64,000 nucleotides of DNA, from the sequence record SRR20825006_1326, one strand, 5' to 3'. A program made the position numbers and the translations under genes. The notes beneath the pieces are model-generated. The model saw nothing but the letters and a program-made list of their open reading frames with translations, had not been told where the DNA came from and searched no databases. Below, piece after piece: positions 50,434 to 59,545 of this stretch. Each line of letters starts with the position of its first letter. Position 1 is the stretch's first letter.

Positions 50434-51082
50434 ATTTGCATTGATTGGTGACTCGCACGCAGGCACCATTGGCCGCGCTGCGCGGGAACGGGGCATCGAA
50501 TTTGGCGGCGGCCCCATCGCCTCCGGCAAAGAGTTTTATTCAGATTTTTTCGAGGTAGAGCAGGGCAAACTCAGCTTTGTTGTGGAAGATACAATCCGGG
50601 TATATGGCGAACTGTGCCAGCTTTGGGGTGTAGATTGCATTGAAGATTTAGAGATTCCAATTGTCTCCACCATTGGCTCTGGATTTCATTTCCCAGCGGC
50701 ACGCGCCGTTTGGGCAAACTTCCGCGACGAAAATCTAGGCTTTACTCAGGACTTTATCGCTGGCCCCATGTGTCAATCGATCTTTCAACGCATGCAAGCA
50801 CCCATGTTGGCCTTTCATCAGCACCTAGTCGAGCAGGGCAAAACCGTGTTTTTCGCACTACCACCACAACGCGTTCCAGACAGTGCATGGGGTGAACTGT
50901 TCCGTGCACTGCAAAATCGTGCCGTTAGCGAACTCACAAAAATTGGCTGTTCAGTCATCGATGTGCGCAATGACACATCGGATAAGGAAGGCAATCTTCT
51001 GGCTGAATATTGCCAGGACAATGATCCAATTCATGGAAACACCGCCCTGGGCAAAAAGATGTTAGAGGCCGCTGGCCTCTAA
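50420..51082 (+). CDS. SGNH/GDSL hydrolase-like protein
   Basis: N-terminal IGDSH (block I Ser) and C-terminal DPIHGN (DxxH); overlaps the GSCFA gene. Confidence 0.72.
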   Translation: MAKHEFALIGDSHAGTIGRAARERGIEFGGGPIASGKEFYSDFFEVEQGKLSFVVEDTIRVYGELCQLWGVDCIEDLEIPIVSTIGSGFHFPAARAVWANFRDENLGFTQDFIAGPMCQSIFQRMQAPMLAFHQHLVEQGKTVFFALPPQRVPDSAWGELFRALQNRAVSELTKIGCSVIDVRNDTSDKEGNLLAEYCQDNDPIHGNTALGKKMLEAAGL

Positions 51083-51954
51083 ATTTTCTCGTAAGGCTTT
51101 TCGCCCACAAGAGTTACCCGCTCACCAAAGCGGGAATAGGGGTAATAATCCCAAATGGCCCGGTGCTGCGTGCAACGATTATCCCAAAACACCACGGTGC
51201 CAGTTTCCCACTGAACGCGACAGCTCAACAGCACCTCATGCTCAATCTGTCGGAACAGCATTTCCAAAATGGCACGGCTTTCAAATTCAGTGAGCTGCAA
51301 AATGCGCGTCGTAAAACCGGGATTAATATAGAGCATTTTTGCACCCGTTTCCGGATGTTTCACCACAATTGGGTGCTCGATCTTTGGCAAATTAGGTGGC
51401 GCTTCATACCCAGCCCATGGCAATGCCGCATCATGGATCGCAGTCATACCTTCAAGCATTTCTTTCATGCCCGGCGAAAGCATCTCATAGGCCAAATGCA
51501 TATTGGCAAAAACCGTATCACCACCGCATCCAATCTCCGGAATTTGATGAATGTGCAGCATCTGCGCCCATGCGGGCTGTTCCGATGCAGTGCCATCTGT
51601 GTGCCAAACTTCACCCGCCACAAACTGCGAAGCGTCCGAGGCTTGGATCAACACAATCTCGGGATCATCGCCATCAATATCTTCAAGTGCCATTTTCCGC
51701 AGCGTACCAAAATTGCGAGCAAACTCTTTTTGCTGCTCCGTATCAATTTTCTGATCACGGAAAACCAACACATGATATTCATTCAGCGCCTGCCGCAACT
51801 CAGCAACCTGCTCTTTGCTGATTGGTTTTGACATGTCGATGCCACTCACTTCGCCACCGATAACCGGATTGAAGCGCTTTACATTGATGGTCTTAAAGTC
51901 AGTCTTTTTGGCCGTGGCGATCTTTTTGATCGCTTCTAAATTGGTGTGGTCCAT
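51079..51954 (-). CDS. TauD/TfdA-family Fe(II)/2-oxoglutarate dioxygenase
   Basis: HxD motif WHTDG, GGDTVFAN, HPIVVKHPETG, WDNRCTQH. Confidence 0.95.
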   Translation of the reverse strand: MDHTNLEAIKKIATAKKTDFKTINVKRFNPVIGGEVSGIDMSKPISKEQVAELRQALNEYHVLVFRDQKIDTEQQKEFARNFGTLRKMALEDIDGDDPEIVLIQASDASQFVAGEVWHTDGTASEQPAWAQMLHIHQIPEIGCGGDTVFANMHLAYEMLSPGMKEMLEGMTAIHDAALPWAGYEAPPNLPKIEHPIVVKHPETGAKMLYINPGFTTRILQLTEFESRAILEMLFRQIEHEVLLSCRVQWETGTVVFWDNRCTQHRAIWDYYPYSRFGERVTLVGEKPYEKI

Positions 51955-51993
51955 TTCTCTCTCCCAAATGACAATTCTTCTTGTCCGTTTGTT

Positions 51994-52650
51994 TTAACTG
52001 ATGGCCTGCTGCAGTTTTTCCTGCAATTCTGTTGCCAATTCTGCTTGGCTTTTTGGGCCCAAGGCATTCTGATAGCTGCGCATCAAGCCACGTAAAAATG
52101 CTTCAGGGCAGCTATTCAAAAATTCGTCGACGCTTCTTGTCTCAAAACTTTTTGCAATGCCTTCGCCCATCGCCGCACTCACCGTGCGGTTGAAAAAGGC
52201 GAGCATCGCATTGGTGTCAGTTTCGGCATAATATTCCGCATAATTCTCTGCACTGCCGAAATGCTCATTGATCATGGCTTGATTTTTGCCAGCAAATTCC
52301 ATGGCACTTTCATGCGCCGCATCATAAGTCGCATCATAGGCAAATGATTGGCCTGTTTGCTGCTCAAACATCTCACGCAATGCTGCAGCCCAAAGTGTGC
52401 CAACATAAGTGCCGTCTGTTTTCCATTGCTGCGCCAAAGTTTCAACGCGCTGAAGGGGCGACAAATCCTCAGCCCGCAATTGCGAAACAGTTTTCGCCAC
52501 GGGCAACAGCCCATCACAAACCCACTTAATCACCGCATCAAAATCATCATTTTCAACATTAGCAGTCACAAGCGGAAGAGCATTTTCCTCTACCGAATTG
52601 GCACTTAAAATGTTTGAGAGGGTGAGGGCCCAATGGCGATCATCATTCAT
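51994..52650 (-). CDS. Hypothetical protein (acidic, probably helical), embedded in the BGC
   Basis: Open ~218-aa frame filling the gap between the PPTase and TauD genes on the same strand; GAGG before ATG 52650 (alternative start 52665). No motif recognised. Confidence 0.7.
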   Translation of the reverse strand: MNDDRHWALTLSNILSANSVEENALPLVTANVENDDFDAVIKWVCDGLLPVAKTVSQLRAEDLSPLQRVETLAQQWKTDGTYVGTLWAAALREMFEQQTGQSFAYDATYDAAHESAMEFAGKNQAMINEHFGSAENYAEYYAETDTNAMLAFFNRTVSAAMGEGIAKSFETRSVDEFLNSCPEAFLRGLMRSYQNALGPKSQAELATELQEKLQQAIS

Positions 52651-52728
52651 TATTTGGAGCCTCATTTGACGCAGTATGGCTTTTCAAAAATCAGTTGATC
52701 AAACGCATCAAATTTTGACCCGCAAAAT

Positions 52729-53433
52729 CTATGATAAACCTAGCAATTCAGCGCTATTGAGGCAAGTCAGAACGCAGCCATTTACAGCTGAATTTACCGC
52801 TAAACAGCCAATTATTTCGGCCTTTGGATCATCGAAATCCAACAAGCGAAAAGAACCCGAAAAATCAACAACCGGATTATGCGTATTTAGCCGTACATCA
52901 ATAGTGTTGAGCTCATCAATCAACCCCGTTGCCGTCACCTTCAACAGCGCTTCTTTGCGCACCCACATGCGCAAAAACGCACAGCCTTGTTCGGCTGTAT
53001 CTTTTTGGGCAATCCAAGCTCTCTCATTGGCGTGGCACACCATATCGATCAAACTGTCAGCTTCTTTCTTGCGCGACATTGTTTCAATATCCACGCCCAC
53101 AGCATGGTGCCGATGAAAGGCAACCGCAACCGCTTGTTGTGTGTGGGAAATATTGAAATGCATGCTCGGGAAAGTTGGTTTGCCATTTTCAGTCAGATCA
53201 AAGTCAATTGTAGGCAAGTCCAAGAAATGCCTGACCAAACTACGTCCCAAAATGTGCGCTTGGCGCTGTGCAGGGACTAAAACACGATCAAATTTCGCCG
53301 CTTCGTTCGGCGTAATTTGAGGCGTTAACGCCTTGACTTCATCGAGTGCCGCATAAAACACCGCTGCTTGATCGGCATCTAGCGCCTTATGAATGCGCGA
53401 CCGACATGCATTAAGTTGCTCATGCAGTGACAT
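52729..53433 (-). CDS. 4'-phosphopantetheinyl transferase (Sfp-type)
   Basis: GKP, FNISHT, VGVDIE, WVRKEALLK. ATG 53433 overlaps the end of the TEII gene. Confidence 0.93.
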   Translation of the reverse strand: MSLHEQLNACRSRIHKALDADQAAVFYAALDEVKALTPQITPNEAAKFDRVLVPAQRQAHILGRSLVRHFLDLPTIDFDLTENGKPTFPSMHFNISHTQQAVAVAFHRHHAVGVDIETMSRKKEADSLIDMVCHANERAWIAQKDTAEQGCAFLRMWVRKEALLKVTATGLIDELNTIDVRLNTHNPVVDFSGSFRLLDFDDPKAEIIGCLAVNSAVNGCVLTCLNSAELLGLS

Positions 53434-54139
53434 GGGTTTTTCGCGCCACAAAATCATTGACGATCTTCTGCAATTCCTGGCTGGACGCCTCATGCATATT
53501 GTGCTCACCGTCAATTTGCTGAAGGTCAAATTGCCCGCTTGTAAACTGAGCCCAAGGTTGCATAGTCTCAGGACGCGTCACGCTGTCCTGATTCCCAGCG
53601 ATCCCCAGAATGTCGGTAGAAATGACCCGTCCGCTCACTGGCTTATAAGCCGCACACATCCGAAAATCGCTGATAATTGTTGGCAACAATAATTCCAATA
53701 ATTCAGGATATTGCATAAGTTCTTTAAAGTGTGGGTTGAACGCGAGTAAATCGTCGGTAATCCGCGCCTCATCTTCAAGCTTTGGCAAATGCCGCGGCTG
53801 GTCGGGTGAGGGCGACGTCAGCGCGATGATGAATTCAGGCGCTTGCCCGATCTGTTCAAACCGCCACGCCAATTCATACGCAATCCATCCGCCCATGCTG
53901 GACCCAAGAAACGCAAAGCGATTCATTGGGCCAGCGCGCAGTTCTTCGAACACATCATCACAAAGGCGCTGAAAATCGCTTGGTGTTACATCATCAAGCC
54001 GCACGCCGCGTCCCGGCAAGGTGACAGGGGTCACCTGCACATCATTACTCAGAAAACGCTCCCAGCTCTTAAATATGGCCGCATCAGCACCAGCCTGTGG
54101 AAAACAAAACAGCTGCAATGCGGAAGTAGCGGCAGGCAT
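53420..54139 (-). CDS. Type II (editing) thioesterase
   Basis: LFCFPQAG, LPGRG, GSSMG nucleophile, C-terminal GEH. GGAG RBS before ATG 54139. Confidence 0.92.
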   Translation of the reverse strand: MPAATSALQLFCFPQAGADAAIFKSWERFLSNDVQVTPVTLPGRGVRLDDVTPSDFQRLCDDVFEELRAGPMNRFAFLGSSMGGWIAYELAWRFEQIGQAPEFIIALTSPSPDQPRHLPKLEDEARITDDLLAFNPHFKELMQYPELLELLLPTIISDFRMCAAYKPVSGRVISTDILGIAGNQDSVTRPETMQPWAQFTSGQFDLQQIDGEHNMHEASSQELQKIVNDFVARKTHVTA

Positions 54140-54325
54140 AAAAACAAGCTCCAAATCAATGCGCAAATCACCATTGGCATGCATATAAGCAGACCTGTTT
54201 CAGATTCACAAATGATTGGGAGAAAAGACGAAATATCCGGTGCAAGCACAAAAGCTCACACAAAAACACACCAAATTACCCGAAGCAATATGCGTGAAGA
54301 AAACTAGATAAGTCTTTGAAGGGAA

Positions 54326-54401
54326 TGGTGTGCCCGGAAGGATTCGAACCTTCGACCGTCCGATTAAAAGTCGGATGCTCTACCAGCTGAGCTACGGGCA
54401 C
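54326..54401 (-). tRNA. tRNA-Lys (anticodon UUU)
   Basis: Reverse complement GTGCCCGTAGCTCAGCTGGTAGAGCATCCGACTTTTAATCGGACGGTCGAAGGTTCGAATCCTTCCGGGCACACCA: 76 nt cloverleaf, TTT anticodon, encoded CCA. Confidence 0.98.
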
Positions 54402-54493
54402 AAGAGCGTTGTTCATCAGCGAACAGCGCGGACAATAGTTTTATTCGCGTCTGTGTCAACCAGAATATTTCAACTTTTGAAATTTTTTCTAAA

Positions 54494-55417
54494 TCAGCTC
54501 AAATCTTCCAGCGGAATCCCATCAAAACTGCCTGCTTCACACACATAGCCCTGACGGATAATTTCTTTGCACAAACGCAGCGCATCGTTCTCTTCTTCTA
54601 AAGGACCGACCACAAGTTGGATTTTATCTGATTCATTCACCACCGGAATCATCTTTGGTTCCAGCCCCAAAAGCAGGGTGCCCACATTGGCTTTTATGTT
54701 CAACCAGTTGAGCTCTGCTTTGTTTTTCTCGATTCGTGGTCCAAGAATCACACCGTAGATTGTTTCAGCACTCGGCAATGCGTCCATCGCATTCACACTG
54801 GCGGTGGTCATCGGATCAGTCTCCGCGCCCGCCGCAGCGTCAATTTCCGGCAACGCGGCCATATTGGTGATTTCGGTTGGCACCTCATTGCCATCTATAT
54901 TGGCCACAATTTCTGGCAATTCCTGTTGCAGCTCGGGTGGCGCGCTCTCGGCCAAGGGCAATGTTTCAAAAAGGTAGGAACGGGCAACCTTCAAATCATC
55001 ATCAACGCGAATAATCTCTTCGCCATTAGCTTCGTTGATCGAAGCGGTGATCAGGCTCTTGTCCAATTGCGCGCCAGGCGGCAACGCTTCAAGCAAAATC
55101 GGAATGCTGGCTTCCAGCGCCCGCACACGTTTTGACACAAAACTGTTGCTCTCTTCGCCTAGCGTAAGGCGGCTGTCTGCCACATTGGATTCGCGCTTCA
55201 TTGCTGCAAATTCCATGCGCATGGCCCGCAATTCAGATTGCACTTGTGCGATTGTACCAAGATTGTTTGGTGTTTCTTTCAGCATGTTGCTCCAACCTTG
55301 TGGCAACAACAAGCTGGCAGAAGAAAAGACCAGCATGGTGGTAAGTGAAGCAATCGCAACAAGACCCCACAATCGCATATCTGATTGTGTAAACTTATTG
55401 AGTTCTTGTTCCGTCAT
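54494..55417 (-). CDS. Membrane-anchored hypothetical protein with coiled coil and SPOR-like C-terminal domain
   Basis: N-terminal TM segment, acidic linker, C-terminal LVVGPL...ALRLCKEI...YVC pattern resembling alphaproteobacterial SPOR-like domains. Confidence 0.6.
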   Translation of the reverse strand: MTEQELNKFTQSDMRLWGLVAIASLTTMLVFSSASLLLPQGWSNMLKETPNNLGTIAQVQSELRAMRMEFAAMKRESNVADSRLTLGEESNSFVSKRVRALEASIPILLEALPPGAQLDKSLITASINEANGEEIIRVDDDLKVARSYLFETLPLAESAPPELQQELPEIVANIDGNEVPTEITNMAALPEIDAAAGAETDPMTTASVNAMDALPSAETIYGVILGPRIEKNKAELNWLNIKANVGTLLLGLEPKMIPVVNESDKIQLVVGPLEEENDALRLCKEIIRQGYVCEAGSFDGIPLEDLS

Positions 55418-55554
55418 CACTAGTTTTCCCCAAAAGAGCTGCGAATCAAACTGTTAACTAAGAATAATAATGCAGATATAATTTACCATTTTGCCAACAC
55501 ATTCGTGGCATATGCCCAAATACAGGACTTAAAAGGGGTGGGGACCTTTATTTT

Positions 55555-56892
55555 ATGACCGAAATTTTGACGATTATTCTGGGTGCCGGTGAGGGCACGC
55601 GCATGAAGTCTGATCAACCGAAGGTGCTGCATAAGGTTGGCGGACGCCCGATGATTGGCCATGTTTTGGCCGCTTGCGCCGAAGCTGGGGCCAAATCACG
55701 ACATATCGTTATCGGCCCAGATCATGATCATGTGCGCGATTACGCTAAAACTGTGGATAGCCACATCACGACCTCCATCCAAAAAGATCGCTTGGGCACC
55801 GGGCACGCAGTGCGCGAAGCACGCGAAGCGTGGAAAGATTTTGATGGCTACGTGCTCGTGCTGTTCGCGGACAACCCGCTCATCTCACCAGCGGTGATCG
55901 CTGATACGGTAGCTTGTTTGAACGAAGGGGCTGATTTGGCCGTCGTTGGCTTCCAAACGCCAGAACCGTTCGGCTATGGCCGCATCCTTGTCGAACATGG
56001 GCAGGTGAAAGCCATCCGCGAGGAAAAAGATGCAACGCCTGAAGAGCGCAAAATCAAATTCTGCAATTCCGGCATCATGGGCTTCAAGGCAGATTGCCTG
56101 CGCGCTGTGATTGATGAAATCAAAAATGACAATGTGAAGGGTGAGTTTTACCTCACCGATGCAGTAGAAATCGCTAATGCGCAAAACAAGCATGTGCGTG
56201 GTGTTGAATGCCCATTCGTCAACGTACTCGGCGTGAATGATCGGGCCCAGTTGGCTGAAGCTGAGCATATTTTCCAGCAGGAAAAACGGTCCCACTTCAT
56301 GAAAGAAGGCGTAACCCTTGTTGCGCCCGAAACTGTATTTTTCAGCTATGACACCAAAATCGAAAACGATGTGGTGATCGAACCTAATGTCGTGTTCGGT
56401 CCCGGTGTCACCGTGGAAAAAGGCGCGCACATTCAAGCTTTCTCTCATTTGGAAGGCGCATATGTGGGAGCCAATGGCCAAATTGGTCCTTATGCGAGGT
56501 TACGTCCCGGTTCCAATCTCGCAGCTGGCGTTAAAGTGGGCAATTTTGTCGAAACCAAAAAGGCAGAGATCGGCAAAGGCTCTAAGGTCAACCATCTTAG
56601 CTATATTGGCGACGCCAAAATTGGTGAAGGCACCAATATTGGGGCAGGCACCATCACCTGCAATTATGATGGTAAGAACAAATTTGTGACCGAAATTGGC
56701 GATAATGCCTTTATCGGCTCAAACAGCGCATTGGTGGCGCCTGTGTCCATTGCAAACGGCGCATATGTGGCGTCTGGCTCTGTGGTCACCATGAATGTTG
56801 AAGAAGATGCCCTGGCGATCGGTCGTGCACGTCAGGAAAATAAAGAAAACTATGCCGCGCGCATCCGTGCCCGGTGGGTTAAAAGCGAATAG
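55555..56892 (+). CDS. glmU: Bifunctional UDP-GlcNAc pyrophosphorylase / GlcN-1-P acetyltransferase
   Basis: GEGTRMKS..PKVLH, LGTGHAV, EFYLTD, hexapeptide region GNFVETK, HLSYIGDA, TCNYDG. Confidence 0.98.
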   Translation: MTEILTIILGAGEGTRMKSDQPKVLHKVGGRPMIGHVLAACAEAGAKSRHIVIGPDHDHVRDYAKTVDSHITTSIQKDRLGTGHAVREAREAWKDFDGYVLVLFADNPLISPAVIADTVACLNEGADLAVVGFQTPEPFGYGRILVEHGQVKAIREEKDATPEERKIKFCNSGIMGFKADCLRAVIDEIKNDNVKGEFYLTDAVEIANAQNKHVRGVECPFVNVLGVNDRAQLAEAEHIFQQEKRSHFMKEGVTLVAPETVFFSYDTKIENDVVIEPNVVFGPGVTVEKGAHIQAFSHLEGAYVGANGQIGPYARLRPGSNLAAGVKVGNFVETKKAEIGKGSKVNHLSYIGDAKIGEGTNIGAGTITCNYDGKNKFVTEIGDNAFIGSNSALVAPVSIANGAYVASGSVVTMNVEEDALAIGRARQENKENYAARIRARWVKSE

Positions 56893-56901
56893 GATCAAAA
56901 T

Positions 56902-58728
56902 ATGTGTGGGATCGTAGGTATTGTCAGCACGACACCTGTGGCTGAACGAATTGTAGATGCGCTTAAGCGGCTTGAATATCGCGGCTATGACAGTGCAGGC
57001 TTGGCCACGTCCGTTGGCGGCGAAATTGACCGCCGTCGTGCGCCGGGCAAGCTGACCAATCTGCGTGAACGGTTGGAACAATCGCCGCTTGATGGCACCA
57101 TTGGCATTGGCCACACACGCTGGGCCACACATGGCGCACCGACTGAGGAAAATGCCCACCCGCACACCACTAATCGCGTTGCCATTGTCCATAATGGTAT
57201 TATCGAAAATTTCCGCGAACTGAAAAAAGAGCTGGATAAGGACGGCTATCAGCCTGTTTCTGAAACAGATACCGAAATCGTCGCGCTCATGGTTACCCGT
57301 GAACTGGATCGTGGTGCGGCGCCGTTTGATGCGGCGGCCAACGTCATCAAGCGGCTCGAAGGCGCATTTGCCCTCGCCATGATGTTTAAAGGTGAAGACA
57401 ATCTGATCGTTGGCGCCCGTCAGGGCGCGCCATTGGCCATTGGTCATGGTGACAATGAAATGATTTTGGGCTCTGACGCCATCGCCATCGCACCGTTCAC
57501 CGACAAGGTGACCTACTTGGAAGAAGGCGATTGGGTCGCCATCACCAAGGACGATGCTCGTATTTTTAACCGCGAAGGTCAGCCTGTTCAACGCGCTATG
57601 GCGCAAACCCAATTGGGTGTGAACATGGTGGATAAGGGCAATCACCGCCATTTCATGCTCAAAGAAATTTATGAGCAGCCAGACGCGATTTCTCACACCG
57701 TTTCGCATTATTTGGATTTAGCCAACGGCAAGGTGAAGCTGCCAGCTAAATTGCCATTTGATTTCAAGTCGCTCAATCGCTTGACCATTTCAGCCTGTGG
57801 CACCGCATTTTATGCAGGCTTGGTCGCAAAATATTGGTTTGAAAAATATGCGCGCCTGCCGGTTGAAGTCGATGTGGCGTCTGAATTCCGCTATCGCGAA
57901 CCGCCTATGGATGCAGATGGCCTGGCGCTATTCATTTCCCAATCAGGTGAAACGGCCGACACGCTAGCTGCATTGCGCTATTGTAAAGCACAGGGCCAGC
58001 ACATCGCCTCCATCGTGAACGCGCAGGAAAGCACCATTGCCCGCGAGAGCGATATTGTTTTCCCCATCCAGTGTGGTCCTGAAATCTCTGTGGCCTCCAC
58101 CAAAGCCACCACGGCGCAATTGTCTGTGCTGGCCTCTTTGGCCATTGCGGCAGGCCGTCAGCGCGGCACAATTTCAGAGGCTGAAGAGTTTGAACTGGTC
58201 GACATGTTGGCAAAATTGCCCGGCGCCATCACCAAGGCCCTCGCATCTGAAGATAAGATCGACCAAATCAGCCACGCCCTGTCAAAAGCAGATGATGTGC
58301 TTTACCTTGGTCGCGGTTCACTCTTTCCAATTGCATTGGAAGGCGCACTCAAACTCAAGGAAATCACCTATATTCACGCCGAAGGTTACGCCTCAGGCGA
58401 ATTGAAGCACGGTCCGATTGCCTTGATCGATGAGACCTTGCCAGTGGTCGTGGTCGCCCCATCTGATCAATTGTTTGATAAAACCATCTCAAATATGCAC
58501 GAAGTTGCAGCGCGTGGTGGTAAGATCATTTTGATCACCGATGAGGCAGGGGCCAAATCTGCTGGTGATGATGTGAGTGAAATCATCATCGTGCCCGACG
58601 CTCATGAATTTGTGATGCCCATTATCTGTGCGATTCCAGTACAATTATTGGCCTATCACACTGCCGTCTTTATGGGCACAGATGTGGATCAGCCGCGAAA
58701 TCTCGCTAAGTCTGTTACGGTTGAGTAG
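56902..58728 (+). CDS. glmS: Glutamine-fructose-6-phosphate transaminase
   Basis: MCGIVG, LEYRGYDSAG, GHTRWATHG, SQSGETADT, ELKHGP, PRNLAKSVTVE. Confidence 0.99.
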   Translation: MCGIVGIVSTTPVAERIVDALKRLEYRGYDSAGLATSVGGEIDRRRAPGKLTNLRERLEQSPLDGTIGIGHTRWATHGAPTEENAHPHTTNRVAIVHNGIIENFRELKKELDKDGYQPVSETDTEIVALMVTRELDRGAAPFDAAANVIKRLEGAFALAMMFKGEDNLIVGARQGAPLAIGHGDNEMILGSDAIAIAPFTDKVTYLEEGDWVAITKDDARIFNREGQPVQRAMAQTQLGVNMVDKGNHRHFMLKEIYEQPDAISHTVSHYLDLANGKVKLPAKLPFDFKSLNRLTISACGTAFYAGLVAKYWFEKYARLPVEVDVASEFRYREPPMDADGLALFISQSGETADTLAALRYCKAQGQHIASIVNAQESTIARESDIVFPIQCGPEISVASTKATTAQLSVLASLAIAAGRQRGTISEAEEFELVDMLAKLPGAITKALASEDKIDQISHALSKADDVLYLGRGSLFPIALEGALKLKEITYIHAEGYASGELKHGPIALIDETLPVVVVAPSDQLFDKTISNMHEVAARGGKIILITDEAGAKSAGDDVSEIIIVPDAHEFVMPIICAIPVQLLAYHTAVFMGTDVDQPRNLAKSVTVE

Positions 58729-58803
58729 GCGGCAGACTTCGTATTCGCGATAAAATGCGCTAAAGCCGTTGTAATGCGGATTCGGCGGTCTATATAGGTT
58801 TCT

Positions 58804-59541
58804 ATGATGAACGATAAAAACGATAAAAAGCATAGTGACGATAGCGCAGAACCTGTTCACCACACAGGCCCTGGTCGTCGACTGACGAATTACTTTTTGA
58901 CAGGCTTGGTCATCGCGGCGCCTATCGGCCTCACGATCTACATCACTTGGTCAATCATTCGCATTGTTGACGATTTCGTCAAACCGTTGATCCCGTCACA
59001 ATATAATCCTGACACATATTTACCGATCACTGTGCCCGGGTTCGGTTTGGTCATCGCTTTTATCGCAATCGTTTTGCTCGGCTTCCTCACCGCCAACTTG
59101 GTGGGCCGCACGTTGGTGCAGTTTGGCGAAAGCATCTTGCACCGCATGCCGTTCGTGTCCGTGCTTTATCGCGGTTTGAAACAGATTTTCGAAACGGTGG
59201 TCAGCCAAAGCCATTCAAACTTTAAGCAGGTCGGCTTAATCCAATATCCGCGTGAAGGCCTGTGGGCATTGGTGTTTATCTCCACCAGCGCCAAGGGCGA
59301 GGTGGCCGACAAAGTGCGCGGCGATGACATCATCAGCGTTTTCTTGCCCACCACGCCAAACCCAACATCCGGCTTTTTGCTGTTCGTCCCACGAAAGGAC
59401 ATCATCATTCTTGATATGTCCGTGGAAGACGGTGCGAAGCTGGTGATCTCCGCAGGTCTCGTTTCACCTGAATATCAGGCGAAAATGGCAGAGCTGGCCG
59501 AAGAGGCCGAAGAAGTCGTCCACCAGAAAAACACCAAATAA
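58804..59541 (+). CDS. DUF502-family membrane protein
   Basis: NYFLTGL, two TM segments, VFLPTTPNPTSGFL, MSVEDGAKLVISAG. Confidence 0.9.
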   Translation: MMNDKNDKKHSDDSAEPVHHTGPGRRLTNYFLTGLVIAAPIGLTIYITWSIIRIVDDFVKPLIPSQYNPDTYLPITVPGFGLVIAFIAIVLLGFLTANLVGRTLVQFGESILHRMPFVSVLYRGLKQIFETVVSQSHSNFKQVGLIQYPREGLWALVFISTSAKGEVADKVRGDDIISVFLPTTPNPTSGFLLFVPRKDIIILDMSVEDGAKLVISAGLVSPEYQAKMAELAEEAEEVVHQKNTK

Positions 59542-59545
59542 TGCG

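Noticed and set aside
56880-56902. glmS ribozyme
   Set aside because: glmS starts 9 bp after the glmU stop codon, leaving no room for it.
56719-57708. 329-aa minus-strand ORF
   Set aside because: Antisense shadow of glmU/glmS with no recognisable motifs.
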